This document shows positions 13,746-25,833 of a DNA stretch of 64,000 nt, in pieces. The stretch covers positions 16,120,001 to 16,184,000 of the forward strand of contig OZ241828.1 of NCBI GenBank assembly GCA_965202585.1, in the 5' to 3' direction. Position 1 is the stretch's first letter. Each line of letters opens with the position of its first letter. The notes under the pieces were generated by a model that worked only from the letters and a program-made list of their open reading frames with translations, made no database searches and had not been told where the DNA came from. Position numbers and translations under genes: made by a program. This DNA comes from Thalia democratica. Taxonomy: Eukaryota.

Positions 13746-16125
13746 AAGAATAGTATTAAATTGTTTGAAGTTTTAAAATATTTTTCTTTTAGACTTAAAT
13801 TGTTATTAAAGTCTATTTATTCCAATTTATTTAAAAAAAAACTTTTATTATTGAAATGGTGATCTCATAATTAAGTTCTGTGGTTCTTTTATAAGGTAGA
13901 TACATTACTCATGTTGTCTAATTTGTAAAAAGTAGACTAAAATAGAATCTAGTATTTACAGGTATTTTAAAAAGGTAGGATTTGATTATAACGAGTAGTA
14001 ACAATTAACTTGGTTGTACCACAATCTATATCCTAAAAACTTGGGACAACCTTAAAATAATTGATTAATACATTATTTTGAGCAAAACCATGGTGAACCT
14101 TGAAACAGCAGGTTTTTTATTTTTTAAAGTGAGAAGGTTGACTAACATATGATTTTTTTGAAGCAAGTATGTGTGCAAGGATTTCTGTTGTTTATTAAAA
14201 CGTTTTTTTTATTAAAACTGAAAATAGTATACCGTCCACACACCATCTATTTTTACACCTGTGATGAATAAACTATATTTTAACTTTAACTTATTATTTT
14301 TTATAAAGGTTTAGGCATCTTAAAAAACTTTTTTACGAGTGCCTTTTATAACAATATACTAAATGGTGCTTGTATTATTTCAGCAATCAGCTCCTTTAAA
14401 ATAAGAGTTCAATTAAATCAGATTCAATATTCTGTTGTAAAAATAGTATATTTCATACTATGTTATACAAAATAAAATTTCATGTGTTGTTTAAAAAAGC
14501 AGACTTTTCTACCATGAGATAAGCTTTGAATTTAAAAATTCATTTTTATCTTAAAAGTTTAAGTCTTAGTATCAGGATTGTTATATCACTTGCATTAAAA
14601 CTATTGTACCTTTTTACTAATAAATATGACGTGGTACTGAATTAGTGTTATAAGAAAAAGTTACGGTTGCCACTCTTTAAGTTGCCACTCCTTTTGTCTT
14701 TTTTGCATCCTATGGATAGCTAACGTTATGAAACACTGATGTAGTAATAGTCTAACCTTATCTAATTTTAATAATTTTCACCTAAAACTTTTTTTATCCT
14801 TATTGGTTTAAAAATGCATGTCTATGAAATTGTCCTACTAAGTCAGCCTACATAAAAAATATATAATTTAATTAATCGTCAAATTATCTTTTTATTTTTT
14901 TATGGTTCAGTAGACTATTAACTATGGACTGTGTTTGGAATATCTTTAATGAGCTTGAAATCTTAAACATTTACATTACACATACCATATTTGTTACTTG
15001 TAGTGTTAAATCTTTACTGGAAAATTCTTTTATAATCAATCAAGCATGTCATTTTAAATAAGAGTAGAAAATATTTTGTTAATTTCTCAGAAATAGTTAT
15101 TTCTGTGGTTTAAATGGTTAAAACAGTTTTACACTTATGTACAGTTGTATTATAAATTCATAAATTCAATAAAAATTATTTAAAATAACTTTTTATTAAT
15201 GATATAGTATACTAATTAAAAGTTGTGCTAGAAGCATTCTAATACACTTGATGCTTAATTTATAAAATTAATTAATTCAGACCTCTTAAAAGCTGAAAAA
15301 TTAAATTCTATAACCTCCTACTTTATTTACAAAGCATAATTTGTTTAACTTGTATTCTGTCATTAAGTGTATTGCCTTCATTTTATTTGTTAATGTAATA
15401 AAAAGTAAGTAACTTATTTGTGCTGCTTAATAAAATATAAATTTTTGATCAATTTTTTTACTTGAAAACTAATATCAACGTTCTTTCTCATCTCAAAACA
15501 AATTCAGAAAATTATATGATTTTAACATTAAAAGATAAAAGTATATTAGATGTTTTTACTTTTTTAGTGCCCCTCTTTTAAAAATAATGCCCTGAAAATT
15601 ATATTTAAAATGGCTTTTAAAGTTTTGGTTTCAAGGGAACTTTCTACTAAAGGTTTTTTTTTCAAAACAATTTAGTTATCTAATTATAATTTAATTTATA
15701 AAGTTGTTTCTATTCTTAATTTTTTTTTTCATTGAGATGTTTTTAAAATGTTTATAATGTTTGAAACTGTATTTGTAATACTAAATTACTATTTTTAAGT
15801 TTAGAATATTACTAGTGTACTCCAAGCTAATAGGTACAATGTACATAGTCTGTATTGAAACTATGGAAAGTATTTAAATTTAGGTAATTAGTAAAATTAT
15901 TATGTTTACAAAATAAATCATTTAAGATAGTCAATAGTAACAAATAATTTTTTTAACTTATATTTTGTCCTTAAAAGTATAATACTTGCCTTCATTTTAT
16001 TTCATAATGTAATAAAATGTAAGAAACTAATTTATACTGCATAATAAAATATAAATTTGTGATAAATATTAAACTTTCAAACTAGTATCAACGTTTTCTC
16101 TTTTCTCAAAACTACATAACAAAAA

Positions 16126-16494
16126 TATACCACAGATGTTCTTGTGCTAAAACTTTATTTCAACTAACGGCGTTTCACTGCTCTCAAATAAATTTAAGAA
16201 CAGATCTACGGAGTCTATAAAATGTTAACACACATTAGAAAAAAAGCAGAAAAAAGCATGTATAATTATAAATAGTATTTATCTAGGTAGTAACTATAAA
16301 TGGACTTTATGGTTTAAAAACAAAGTTTGGGATAAAAGCATAAAATTATAAAATTGTCTACAAAAAAGACAAATTTTATAAAATTAGGCACTAACCATTT
16401 TATAGACTCCGTAGATCTGTTCTTAAATTTATTTGAGAGCAGTGAAACGCCGTTAGTTGAAATTAAGTTTTAGCACAAGAACATCTGTGGTATA
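16126..16494. mobile_element. Young MITE with ~100-bp near-perfect terminal inverted repeats (TIRs) and TA-containing ends
   Basis: TATACCACAGATGTTCTTGTGCTAAAACT...CAGATCTACGGAGTCTATAAAATG (16126-16227) is mirrored at about 16395-16494 (...CACAAGAACATCTGTGGTATA). Confidence 0.85.
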
Positions 16495-19400
16495 CATTCC
16501 GATAAGCTTAGCTTATCAGGATCTCCAGGATTTAACGCCTTATAACGTTACATCTTATAACAAAAATATATGTTTTCAACATTTAAGAAAAAAGTATACA
16601 AATGTTTTTTACTCTTTTAGTGCTCCCTTTTAAAAATAATACCCTGTATAACAAATCTAAATTGGATTTTAAAGTTTTGATTTCAAGGCAATTTCCTACT
16701 CAAGGTTTTTCTTTCATTACAAATAAATTATCTAACTACAATCTAATTAAAAAAATCTTTTATTCTTTTAAATAGTGTTTTTTATTCATTGAGATATTTT
16801 AAAACGTTTATTGTTTTTTTAAAATTGTGTTTGTAATAACAAATTACTATGTTTGAATATTACTAGTATACTCTAAGCTAATATGTATAATGTACATAGC
16901 CTGGTCTGAATCCCTGAAAAATACTTAAATTTAAGTATTTAGTAAAACTATCATGTTAAAAACCATACAATAAATAGATAAAAAATGACTTTAAGCAGAA
17001 ATAGCTTAAACATTTTTTTTTAACTTTAGTAAAAAAAAGATGAAATTACAATGCATATCAAAAAATATATTATTCAGAGTATTATTCACTCTATTACACA
17101 TTTAAATCACTATTTTTTTTTAATGATTTCTATATATATATAAGATATATACATGTTTATATATAATACATGAGATAAGATATAGAGAAATATTAAAAGT
17201 ATCAGGAAATGAAAAAAAAAACTTGCCTGAGTTATCCTGAGTTTTGTAATTATTTCATTCTTGCCTGAGTTAGCCTATTTAGGGTAATAAAAAAAAGATA
17301 AAATTTTAAGCAATTATCTTTTTGCTATTTAACTTTTTGAAATAGTTGACTAAACTATTACATGAAGATTGGGTATAGAATTTTTTTAAATTAGTTCAAA
17401 ATCTTATACACAATCTGTACACATCATAATCTGTAAACACATTGATAGAAAACTCTTTTACAATCAATCGAACATGTCATTTTTAGTTAAAACAGATAAA
17501 AAGTGTTTAGTAATTTCTCACAAATAGTTGTTGCTTTGTTATCAATGGAAAAACTGCACAGTGTACAATAATTTTATTATTAGTTTATAAATTCAATAAT
17601 TTTTTCTAAATAGTTTACTATTTGTTTTTCGAAATTGTGGTCAAAGCACTTTAGTACAATCGATGAACGTTTTTTGAAATAACTAGTTTAAACCTTCTAT
17701 AACGCTGAAAAAATAAACTCTATAAATTTTGTTTTCATTTACAAGACACACTTTTTATAGTTTTTAAGTTGTAAATATATTTATTTTATTTGCCTTGATT
17801 TTATTTAATATTGCATAAATATATATCTTATTCATGCTGCTGAAATGATGCATAATAATTAAAAGTTTTGAAAGAAATATTTTATTTATAAATTGATATT
17901 AACTTTCTCTCTAACATTAAAACCACATAAAAAAAATTGTTTATAACATTTACCTAAAAATGCATTTCAGATCATTTTTACTTTTTTTAATGCCCTCCAT
18001 TTCTTTAAAAATATTGCCCTGTTAAACAAATCTTTTATGGCTTTTAAAACTTTGGTTTCAAATAGACTTTTTACTTAACTTTTTTTCTACAAAAAAATAA
18101 GTATTCATCTACAATCAGTTTTCAAGTGTTCTTTTTAGTGTTTTTTTTTATATGTGGATGTTTTATAGTTGTTATTAGTGTTTTAAGTTAATATTTTTAA
18201 TACTAAAGTACTAATTTTTGGTTTAGAATATTACTTATGTACTTTAAGTTATTACATACAATGTACTTAGGCTGGACTTGTTATTTCTGATAGTTACAAT
18301 TTTTTTGTAGGAGTTTTATGTATTCTAATAATTTAAAAAAAACGTTTTCTTCATTTCTGTTAAAATCTTTTACTATTTTAAAAACAAAAACCTTTTAATT
18401 ATGTTAAGCCATTTAACTCTAGTTAGGGATTAGCTCTTATAATAATTTATAACTAAACTTTAACTTAGAGCTTATAACTTATGATCGTAATAAAACTATA
18501 CAATGCTAAGTTGTAACTAAAGCTTTATAACTTTTATTTAAACATTTAAACATTTAGCACATTTTTAAATATTTTTTCTACTGATCATTTGGTTCTATAA
18601 AACCATTGTTAGAATTCACAAGTTTTAGTAGCTTACTTTTTATTGTTAGGTTAATACTTTTTTTTTGTCACCACATTTACAATATTTTTAATTTTCATTA
18701 TTTTTGAAGTATACAATTTGAAATTTATTGGTTTTAAAAGGTTATTTAAGGGTTTTCGAAAAAACGTATCCGATTTCAGATATTTTCTGAAATTTACATT
18801 AATTTTTAGTTTAAACGTTATGCATAAGATTAATGATTTACTATTTAAACTATTTTAGGAAAGTATAACAGATTAAGCTGAAAAACGCTGAAAAAAAAAA
18901 CAGATTTTTTTTAAAACTTTTTATCATTAGTTTTCTAATCTATAGCCTTATCCCTAATCCACCCTTTCGAAAGGTATCAATAACTAATCAAAAGCTAACT
19001 TTTAACAAGTTAAAATTTAAAATGACGCAAATAAATATTTTGTTAGTTTATTTGTTATTTTGCTCTGAGCGGACTAGCAATGATCTTTATATTATTTATT
19101 ATATTTTTCATACTAGCGTATACTGTCACATTACATATATAGACACATTAGTGATTGTTTATATAACTTACTCGAACCAGAGACGTAATAGAAATAACTG
19201 TTAAAAAAGTTAAAGTTAAGAAATAATTTAAAGTTAAAGACGATAGTTTTATATATAAAATAAATTTAGAATTACATTCGAAGTTGCAAAATTAAAAGCT
19301 GCATTTGTTTATAATCATATATCAAGATTTTTTTACTTATGGTTTTTGTTAATTAGTTTTGGTCCAAAACCACCAAAAATTTGACAAACTTGGAATTTCA

Positions 19401-20318
19401 GTAAGAGAAAAAAAAAGATAAAGACAGTAAAATCATAAAAAAACTTTAGTTTTTTACTAACACACTTAAAGTTAAGTTTAAGTATATTTTTAGTACATTT
19501 TAAGTATTAAAAATATATTTAACAAAAATTTATATAACTTAACTTATTATTAAATTTAGACAAGAAACTTTTGTATTAAAAACGTTAGAAAAGTTAAAAT
19601 GTTTCAAAGCAAATTATAAAAATTTAATGGTATAATATTTTTAAATGGAAACCAATTAGACAAAAATGTATGTTAGAAGTGCTTTCTAAGTAATATTTTA
19701 CTTTACATTTACTTAAGCACAAAGAAGAAATTCACTAAAAGAGCAACTCTTAGATGAACAACTATTGTAACTTTATAACTGCTAATTAAAAAACAAGAAA
19801 TGTATAAGTTTATGGTATAAATATTCTACATTCAAGAGTATTTTATTATAATTTTACATCATATGCTTTCAGAATTTTATTGTAAGCATACCATGACAGC
19901 AAATAAATCTGTCATTTGCATTTAGCAGCTGAAGAAGTAACTTGTAAAGTTTTATTTTTTGTTCCCAATTCAATTTAAGCAATTTTATTTAGACTACACC
20001 GGTTTTTTGCTAATACGTGATATTTCTTTAAGCGTTTATTTCTAATTTGTTGGATTGTAGTTTTACTGTTTTACTGGAGTTTGTTATATGTCAGTAAATT
20101 TAATAAGTTTGAGTTATTATTTTGTAGTTGTTAGATTTAAATAATTTAAGTAATTGTAATCTTTGTATTCTACTGATAAAAATAGCTCTAAATATGTATG
20201 AGTTATCTAAACTTTCTTTTCTGTTTTTCTTCTAAATAAGTCAAAGTCTGTAATGTTTGAATAATTTAATAATGATTTACTTAATTTTTTAATAGAAAAC
20301 TATAATAACTAACAAAAA

Positions 20319-21401
20319 ATGAGCGAAATAGGTGAAAATACAAAAATAATGCAAATGAAAAATGGTTCGAGGAAATTCGAGCTCGTACCTGTTCATAAAC
20401 TACAACCTCAATTCCGAGAAGATTGCTATCAACTGATAGAAAAGGAATTTCCTTTCTACTTTGATATTAAGTGAGTTTGTATGGAATTCTCCATTTGTAT
20501 TACTTAGTTTATAGATTGCTTATTATGTATCAAGCTAAAGCTTTTGTGTAAAACTTTAACATCTAAACTAAAATAGATTAGTTTTTTTAGTATGAGAAAC
20601 TCTTACTTGAAGTTTGAAATTGATGTTTTTATGTACTGTTAAGTTAGTTGGTAGTTGAAAGTTGCTCTATTTGTGTATATATCAAATAATATTCTTATTA
20701 CTCCAGACAGATATACTAGCACAGTCTTGTGATAAACTACCAACTTGATGACTTAAAATAAGAAAATTTGTAGATTTATGATTAAATAAGTTTACAAACA
20801 AATAAAAAATAGGATGGAGTCATTAGCAAGTTCTTGTGATGAACTACCAACTTCTTTTGTATACATGGATACTTCCGTAAATCCTCATAAAATAATGGGA
20901 CATGTTCTTGTCGAAAAAATAAAAGACTTTAATGATGTTGAAAAAATATATTGGGAAAAATTTATTGAAATAAACACTACCGTTAAGTTTGATTTGGGTA
21001 AGTCAACTTGATGTGTTATATTTAAAGAAAGTTAAAACAATAACTAGTCAAGGTATATAATTTATTTGGTTTAAAATATTTGAAATGCCAAAGCTTATCT
21101 ACTGAAATAAAAATTCATTTTAAAAATTTATAGGAGTTAATTGTTCAAAAACTATGTACTTTGAAATAACTTATTTTTTTTAGTGACAGTATCAGAAGAT
21201 TACAGAGGAAATAAGCTTGGTAAAAGGATGCTGTTGGCCGCTGAGGATATGGCATTCGAAAGAGGATTCAATTGCTGCGTGGTGAGTTCCTCACACGATG
21301 TGGTGGAATTTTACAAAAAATGCGGGTACAATGTTGAGTTTGGACAACTGATAACTGACCCGATAGTGCTGATGAAAAAAGAACTCCGCAAGCAACCTTA
21401 A
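20319..21401 (+). CDS. NAA80: NAA80/NAT6-like GNAT N-acetyltransferase paralog 1. Exons 20319-20470, 20813-20997, 21184-21401; about 184 aa.
   Basis: Spliced in frame with GT-AG: MSEIGENTKIMQMKNGSRKFELVPVHKLQPQFREDCYQLIEKEFPFYFDIK/MESLASSCDELPTSFVYMDTSVNPHKIMGHVLVEK...FDL/VTVSEDYRGNKLGKRMLLAAED...SSSHDVVEFYKKCGY...VLMKKEL. GNAT motif A is RGxxLG. From recall of the family, the N-terminal (LxPxH..C..LI..E.P) and MxSLxxSCDxLP motifs match NAA80; no search was run. The exon 2 acceptor is A-rich and weak. Confidence 0.75.
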
Positions 21402-21591
21402 AAATTGGATTAATTTGCAAAAGCTATAATTTTTTAGAAAAACGTGTTAAATAGCAATACATAATTGAAGTTTAAAAACATATGTTTGTTTAATTTTTAA
21501 TTTTTTTACTATTTTATTTTCAATAAAGTCCTTCTCATAGTTTTCAGTTATTATATTTCAATCTATAAAAAAACTAATTATTCTATATATA

Positions 21592-21745
21592 CATGTGTGT
21601 GTCTAAACATACCAACCATCAGACGATATTTCCGCGTAATCTTCGCCGAAATCATCTTCGGCCCGCGAGTAAGTTTTTTAAAAATTGAATGCGGCCCAGG
21701 AAAAGATATTCAGCGGCCTGCGAACTTGTAAATGTTGCACGCTTA
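21592..21745. mobile_element. Degenerate hAT-type MITE remnant downstream of each GNAT copy (also about 34315-34470 and 43250-43405)
   Basis: CGGCCCGCGAG...ATGCGGCCCAGG...GCGGCCTGCGA...GTTGCACGC resembles the right end of hAT MITEs. A similar degenerate left-end motif (GTGGTGCAGC...TCGCGGGCTGG) lies at about 180-290, 58935-59050 and 60980-61080. Confidence 0.45.
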
Positions 21746-23025
21746 GCAAAAACATAACTTAAGTTAAATTCTTTTCGGTAACTTGGTTTGATTTGATTAA
21801 TTACTTTATAAGTACCTGCTTAATATTTTCAAACAATAAAAAGACTTTACTATTTATACTTAAAAATGTGAAAAAGACAGATTAGCTTTTGAGCAGTGTT
21901 TTTTTCTTAGTTTCATAATAACTTTATTGTTACAAAAGAAAGTAATAATCTCAAAAAACTGTGTAAAAATACTTGGACTCTGTAAAATATTTAAAGAATA
22001 CCCATTTAGTAAATAAACTACATGCAAATGTTTTCCATAGTGTACAAAAGTAATACACAGTAATAAAACTTAAATATTATTTTTTATTTTTAGGTATTTT
22101 GTTTAATGAAATTTATACCAAGTTTCTCTTATTTAAAACAATAAAAAAAATAACGGAATAATAAATATAAGGTTTGTTTTGTAAGGTATTTAAGCTTGAA
22201 AATGACTGAGAAAAAGTCATAAACTAAGTTTTCATCTCTCCTTAAAAAATATTAACTTAAATAAGTTTGTATTACTGAATTTAATCAGTTTTATTATTTG
22301 TAAACTTTTCTATTCAATTGTAAAATAAATATAGAAAGCATATTTTATAGTATATATTGGTGTTACTATAACTTAAATATTAAAATTTAAATTAATTTTC
22401 TCAAAAACTTCATTGATTAAGTAAACACCGTTATAAATTTCAACCAACATTCATTTGAAAAAATAAAATAAAACTAACATAAATATGAACATTAAATCTT
22501 TTCGGTAATTACAGGTGCTAAGCTATTTTTTCGTAAACGTTTTTTTATAAACTAAATATTTGTAGACTTTTAATTCAATTTCAATTTTTTAACGAATTTT
22601 GTGAATGCTCAACGTTTCCAACCACCGTAGTTTGTCGGGAAGGTTTTGCAACACATATTTTGCGCTGTTTTTTAGAATTTTTTTACAAATTAAAAAAAAA
22701 TTACTATGCACACAATTTTGACTATAGTAAGAAACTTTCCAATAAAGTTTTGTAGTACATAAACCATTATTAGTTTACAAGATATTTCAATCGGAAATAT
22801 TATAATTAACATACTCTTTCAACATTAATTTTTGTTTATATATATCTATATGTATAATTGAACATACTGATCAGTTGTTCTTACATACTAATGTAAATCA
22901 AATTGGAAAATCCTTTCTTACAAAAAGCTTTTATTATGTTATTAGATCAGTTTTGTAATATTAGTTTTATATGATTATAGGATTAGTTTTATAACCTTTT
23001 AATCAATATTTCATTACGTATTAAA

Positions 23026-23211
23026 AGTAATGACCTACCGAATCAAGATTTGGACCCGGATTCGGACTAATCCGGCCTTTTTGGACTTAGGTTTGTATCC
23101 GGCCTAATCCAAATTTCAAAATGAGATTTGGATTCGGCCGAATCATAAATTCAAAGTAAAACTCGGATTAGGATTCGGCCGAATCCGAAATTTTGGATTT
23201 AGTAGACAACT
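23026..23211. mobile_element. Short hAT-like element with GGATTCGGCCGAATC subterminal repeats (copy A)
   Basis: Left end GACCTACCGAATC; right end GATTTAGTAGACAACT (copy B: GATTCGGTAGACCACT). Repeated GATTCGG/CCGAATC palindromic motifs. Confidence 0.6.
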
Positions 23212-23887
23212 TTGAACTTTTTGAATTTTATTTTATTGTTTGTCAAAAGCAAAATGTTAAACTAGTTGATCATTTCACGTTTGAGTGGATAGAAAATGTT
23301 TTTTTACTCTTATAAAAGCCTTTTTGAAATTTTTCAAAACTCTAAATTTTGATTTAGAGTTTTGCCCACAGTACAAAACTATGATATATTATTTTTTTAG
23401 ACTCTCAAAAAAGTATTAAGTACATACTTATAGCGTTTAATCTAAGATTTTTAGATAACCGCTCTTATATATCTACATATGTTAAGATTTTTACGTTTGC
23501 TCGTGAACCTATTTCAATTCAAATGCTGAATAACAATGTACACGAATTTTAAATTTTATAAATAAAGTTTGAGCATTTTAAAATCGTAAGCTTAATAACT
23601 ATTTAAAGATACATTGGTTTTTATTTTGTAGTATCATGTTTTGCATAGTAGTTTAAAAAACATTTTTTTTTGTATCCATAAAATGTTTTATTCAACTGAA
23701 AACATAATTTAAGAACAAAACTATTACGACTTTGTTAACTGCTTTATCAAAGTATGATTTACACAGCAGAGAAATTGCATTACTGTTTAGAATTAATATT
23801 TACTGCATTTAAATTTAATAATACTTTTATTGTTAACATATTACTATATTATTATTCTAAAGTCATTTTTCATTTACAGTATTAATA

Positions 23888-25833
23888 ATGCTTTCAATAG
23901 TCTGGCAACACTTTACTACATGTTTGGAAGATAATTCCATCGCAGTATGCAACATCTGCGGAGCTAACATAAAAAAAGGAAGTAGAAAGTCTAAATTTCA
24001 TACTACCTCTTTTATGCACAAGCAATTGAAAACTTCGCAAGGCGGGAGTTAATCTATAGACAAAGATAAAAGTTGTACTACACCCGAACCTCCGAAGAAA
24101 AGAAAGCTTAAAGCTATCAGGCAAACTAGCCTTGAAGGTTATAAGTCTATGAAACGCTGGGACATTACGGATTCTAAAGCAATTAAAGTTCATAAAAAAA
24201 TATGAATATGATTGCTATGGACAATCAGTGTTTTGCAATTGTGGAAGATAAAGGCTTCATAGAGCTCTTGCCTGAATTAGAGCCAAGATACGTATTTCCA
24301 AGTACTAAGTATTTTAATGAAATCATGCTTCCACAGGCTTATGATAGTCTGAAGCAGAAATATTACTAAAGAGTTGTCACATGCTTCGTCTTAGTCATTC
24401 ACAAGCGATATGTGGAAAAATTCGAGAACTAATCATAAATTTCTTTAACCGCGCACTAGTTAAGTGAAAATTTTGAGTTCAAACATCGTATTTTGAATTG
24501 CCGGGAAAAGGAGTGTGAGCACACTGGCCAAAACATCTGTAACTACATTCAGGATATGCTTAGTAATTGGAATATTACCTTAGATCGTTTTCACGTTTTT
24601 TTTTTGCGAGACAACGCAAGAAATATTATAAAGATAAAGAGAAAAACCTCGTCAGTACCATGTTTTGTCTATACGCTTGAGCTAGTATTTTAGTGTTCAT
24701 TATTTAGGAACGTTTGTGTAAAATTGTTTAAAAGTTGTAATGTTTTAGATACGATTCTATTAGTAAAGGTACAAAAATAGTTTGCCATTTCAGCCATTTT
24801 TTATAGCGAACGAAACACTAAAAAGATTTAGGCAGCTTTTGACCACGCACAAACAATACAAAAAACCTTGTTTCTTGGTCAAGATGTAGATACAAGGTGG
24901 AATTCAACATATCTTATTCTAGAGAGACTGAAAAAGCTAAAATCAAGTTTCTGCTACTATGTGGCTAACTATAAAAACGATCAAGATTCGAATATTACAC
25001 TTGAAGAATGGCAACTGGTTAGTCACATCGTTCTGCTGCTCGAACCTTTTTTATTTGTAAGAAAAGAGTGTAGTAAAAAATGAGCTGCTCTCAAGCGTGA
25101 TCCTGCATTCAAAATCACTGACAAAATTTGTTAACTTGTATGAAAATTTAGAAGAAGTATCAAATGTTTGTAAATCTTTTGCCGAAAACATAGTAGAGAC
25201 TTGCGAAAGAAGGATCTTTACCAATAACAATAATTTAAACCTGAATGACAACAAGTTACTGTTAGTCAAAGAAGCTGTTGATCCACGATATCGATTTTCC
25301 CATTTTCATTATACCTCAAAAATAATGTTAAAGAGCAGCTAAAATTAAATATTAAAAAACATATCTGTTTCGAGGCTAATCAAGGTGGTGATTCACCTAC
25401 ATTGCCACCAGAATAACCAAAACTACAAAACTCTGTATATTTTGACCCGAAGAAGTTTTAAACTTACTATTTTTTGTTTAAAATAAAGTCAAAGACAGCT
25501 ACACAGGAGGACGAGAAACAATTGCTTCAACTTTATTAATAAAGAAGTTGAAGCAGAAGTAAAGGTCATTTTTGCTACAGAAAATTAGAAATTAGATTCT
25601 GGAGAGGATGAAGTCTAAACTAGTGGAATTTGAACGAGACAAAATGCCCAGATTATGCCAGTTTTGCAAAGAAATATCTTGCTGCAACATCATCTTCTGT
25701 GTATTCTGAAAGATTGAAAGCTGAAGCTCGGAATTCGTACGATCAAAAGCGCAACCGATTGCTTCCGAAGAACAGCGAAAAGCTTTTATTTCTCTACCAC
25801 AACAAAAAACAAGAATATCCTATCATATTATAA
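23888..25833 (+). pseudogene. Decayed hAT (Ac/ZBED-type) transposase, copy A
   Basis: BED finger IVWQHFTTCLEDNSIAVCNICG...HTTSFMHKQL, followed by IVEDKGFIELL..LEPRY.FPS, HTGQNI, RDNARNI, DVDTRWNST, VDPRY and the dimerisation motif SSVYSERL...KRNRLLPKN. Many stops and frameshifts. Confidence 0.9.

Noticed and set aside
4918-19204. Short ORFs in the track (4918, 5762, 6713, 19022, and similarly 28594, 31883, 44294, 44991, 53058)
   Set aside because: Low-complexity translations of AT-rich repeat modules; the frames are not preserved in homologous copies.
21613-21657. Minus-strand micro-exon MISAKITRKYRLMV ending at a GTATGT donor, with three differences among the three copies all synonymous
   Set aside because: The next acceptor about 50 nt away gives an immediate stop in two of three copies. 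Three sites is too few, and the block looks like a hAT MITE remnant.
23894-24193. Minus-strand 99-aa ORF and other antisense ORFs (25051, 33925, 35309, 36235, 47322, 58294, 60337)
   Set aside because: Shadows of the hAT, GNAT, Penelope or homeobox coding sequence on the opposite strand.
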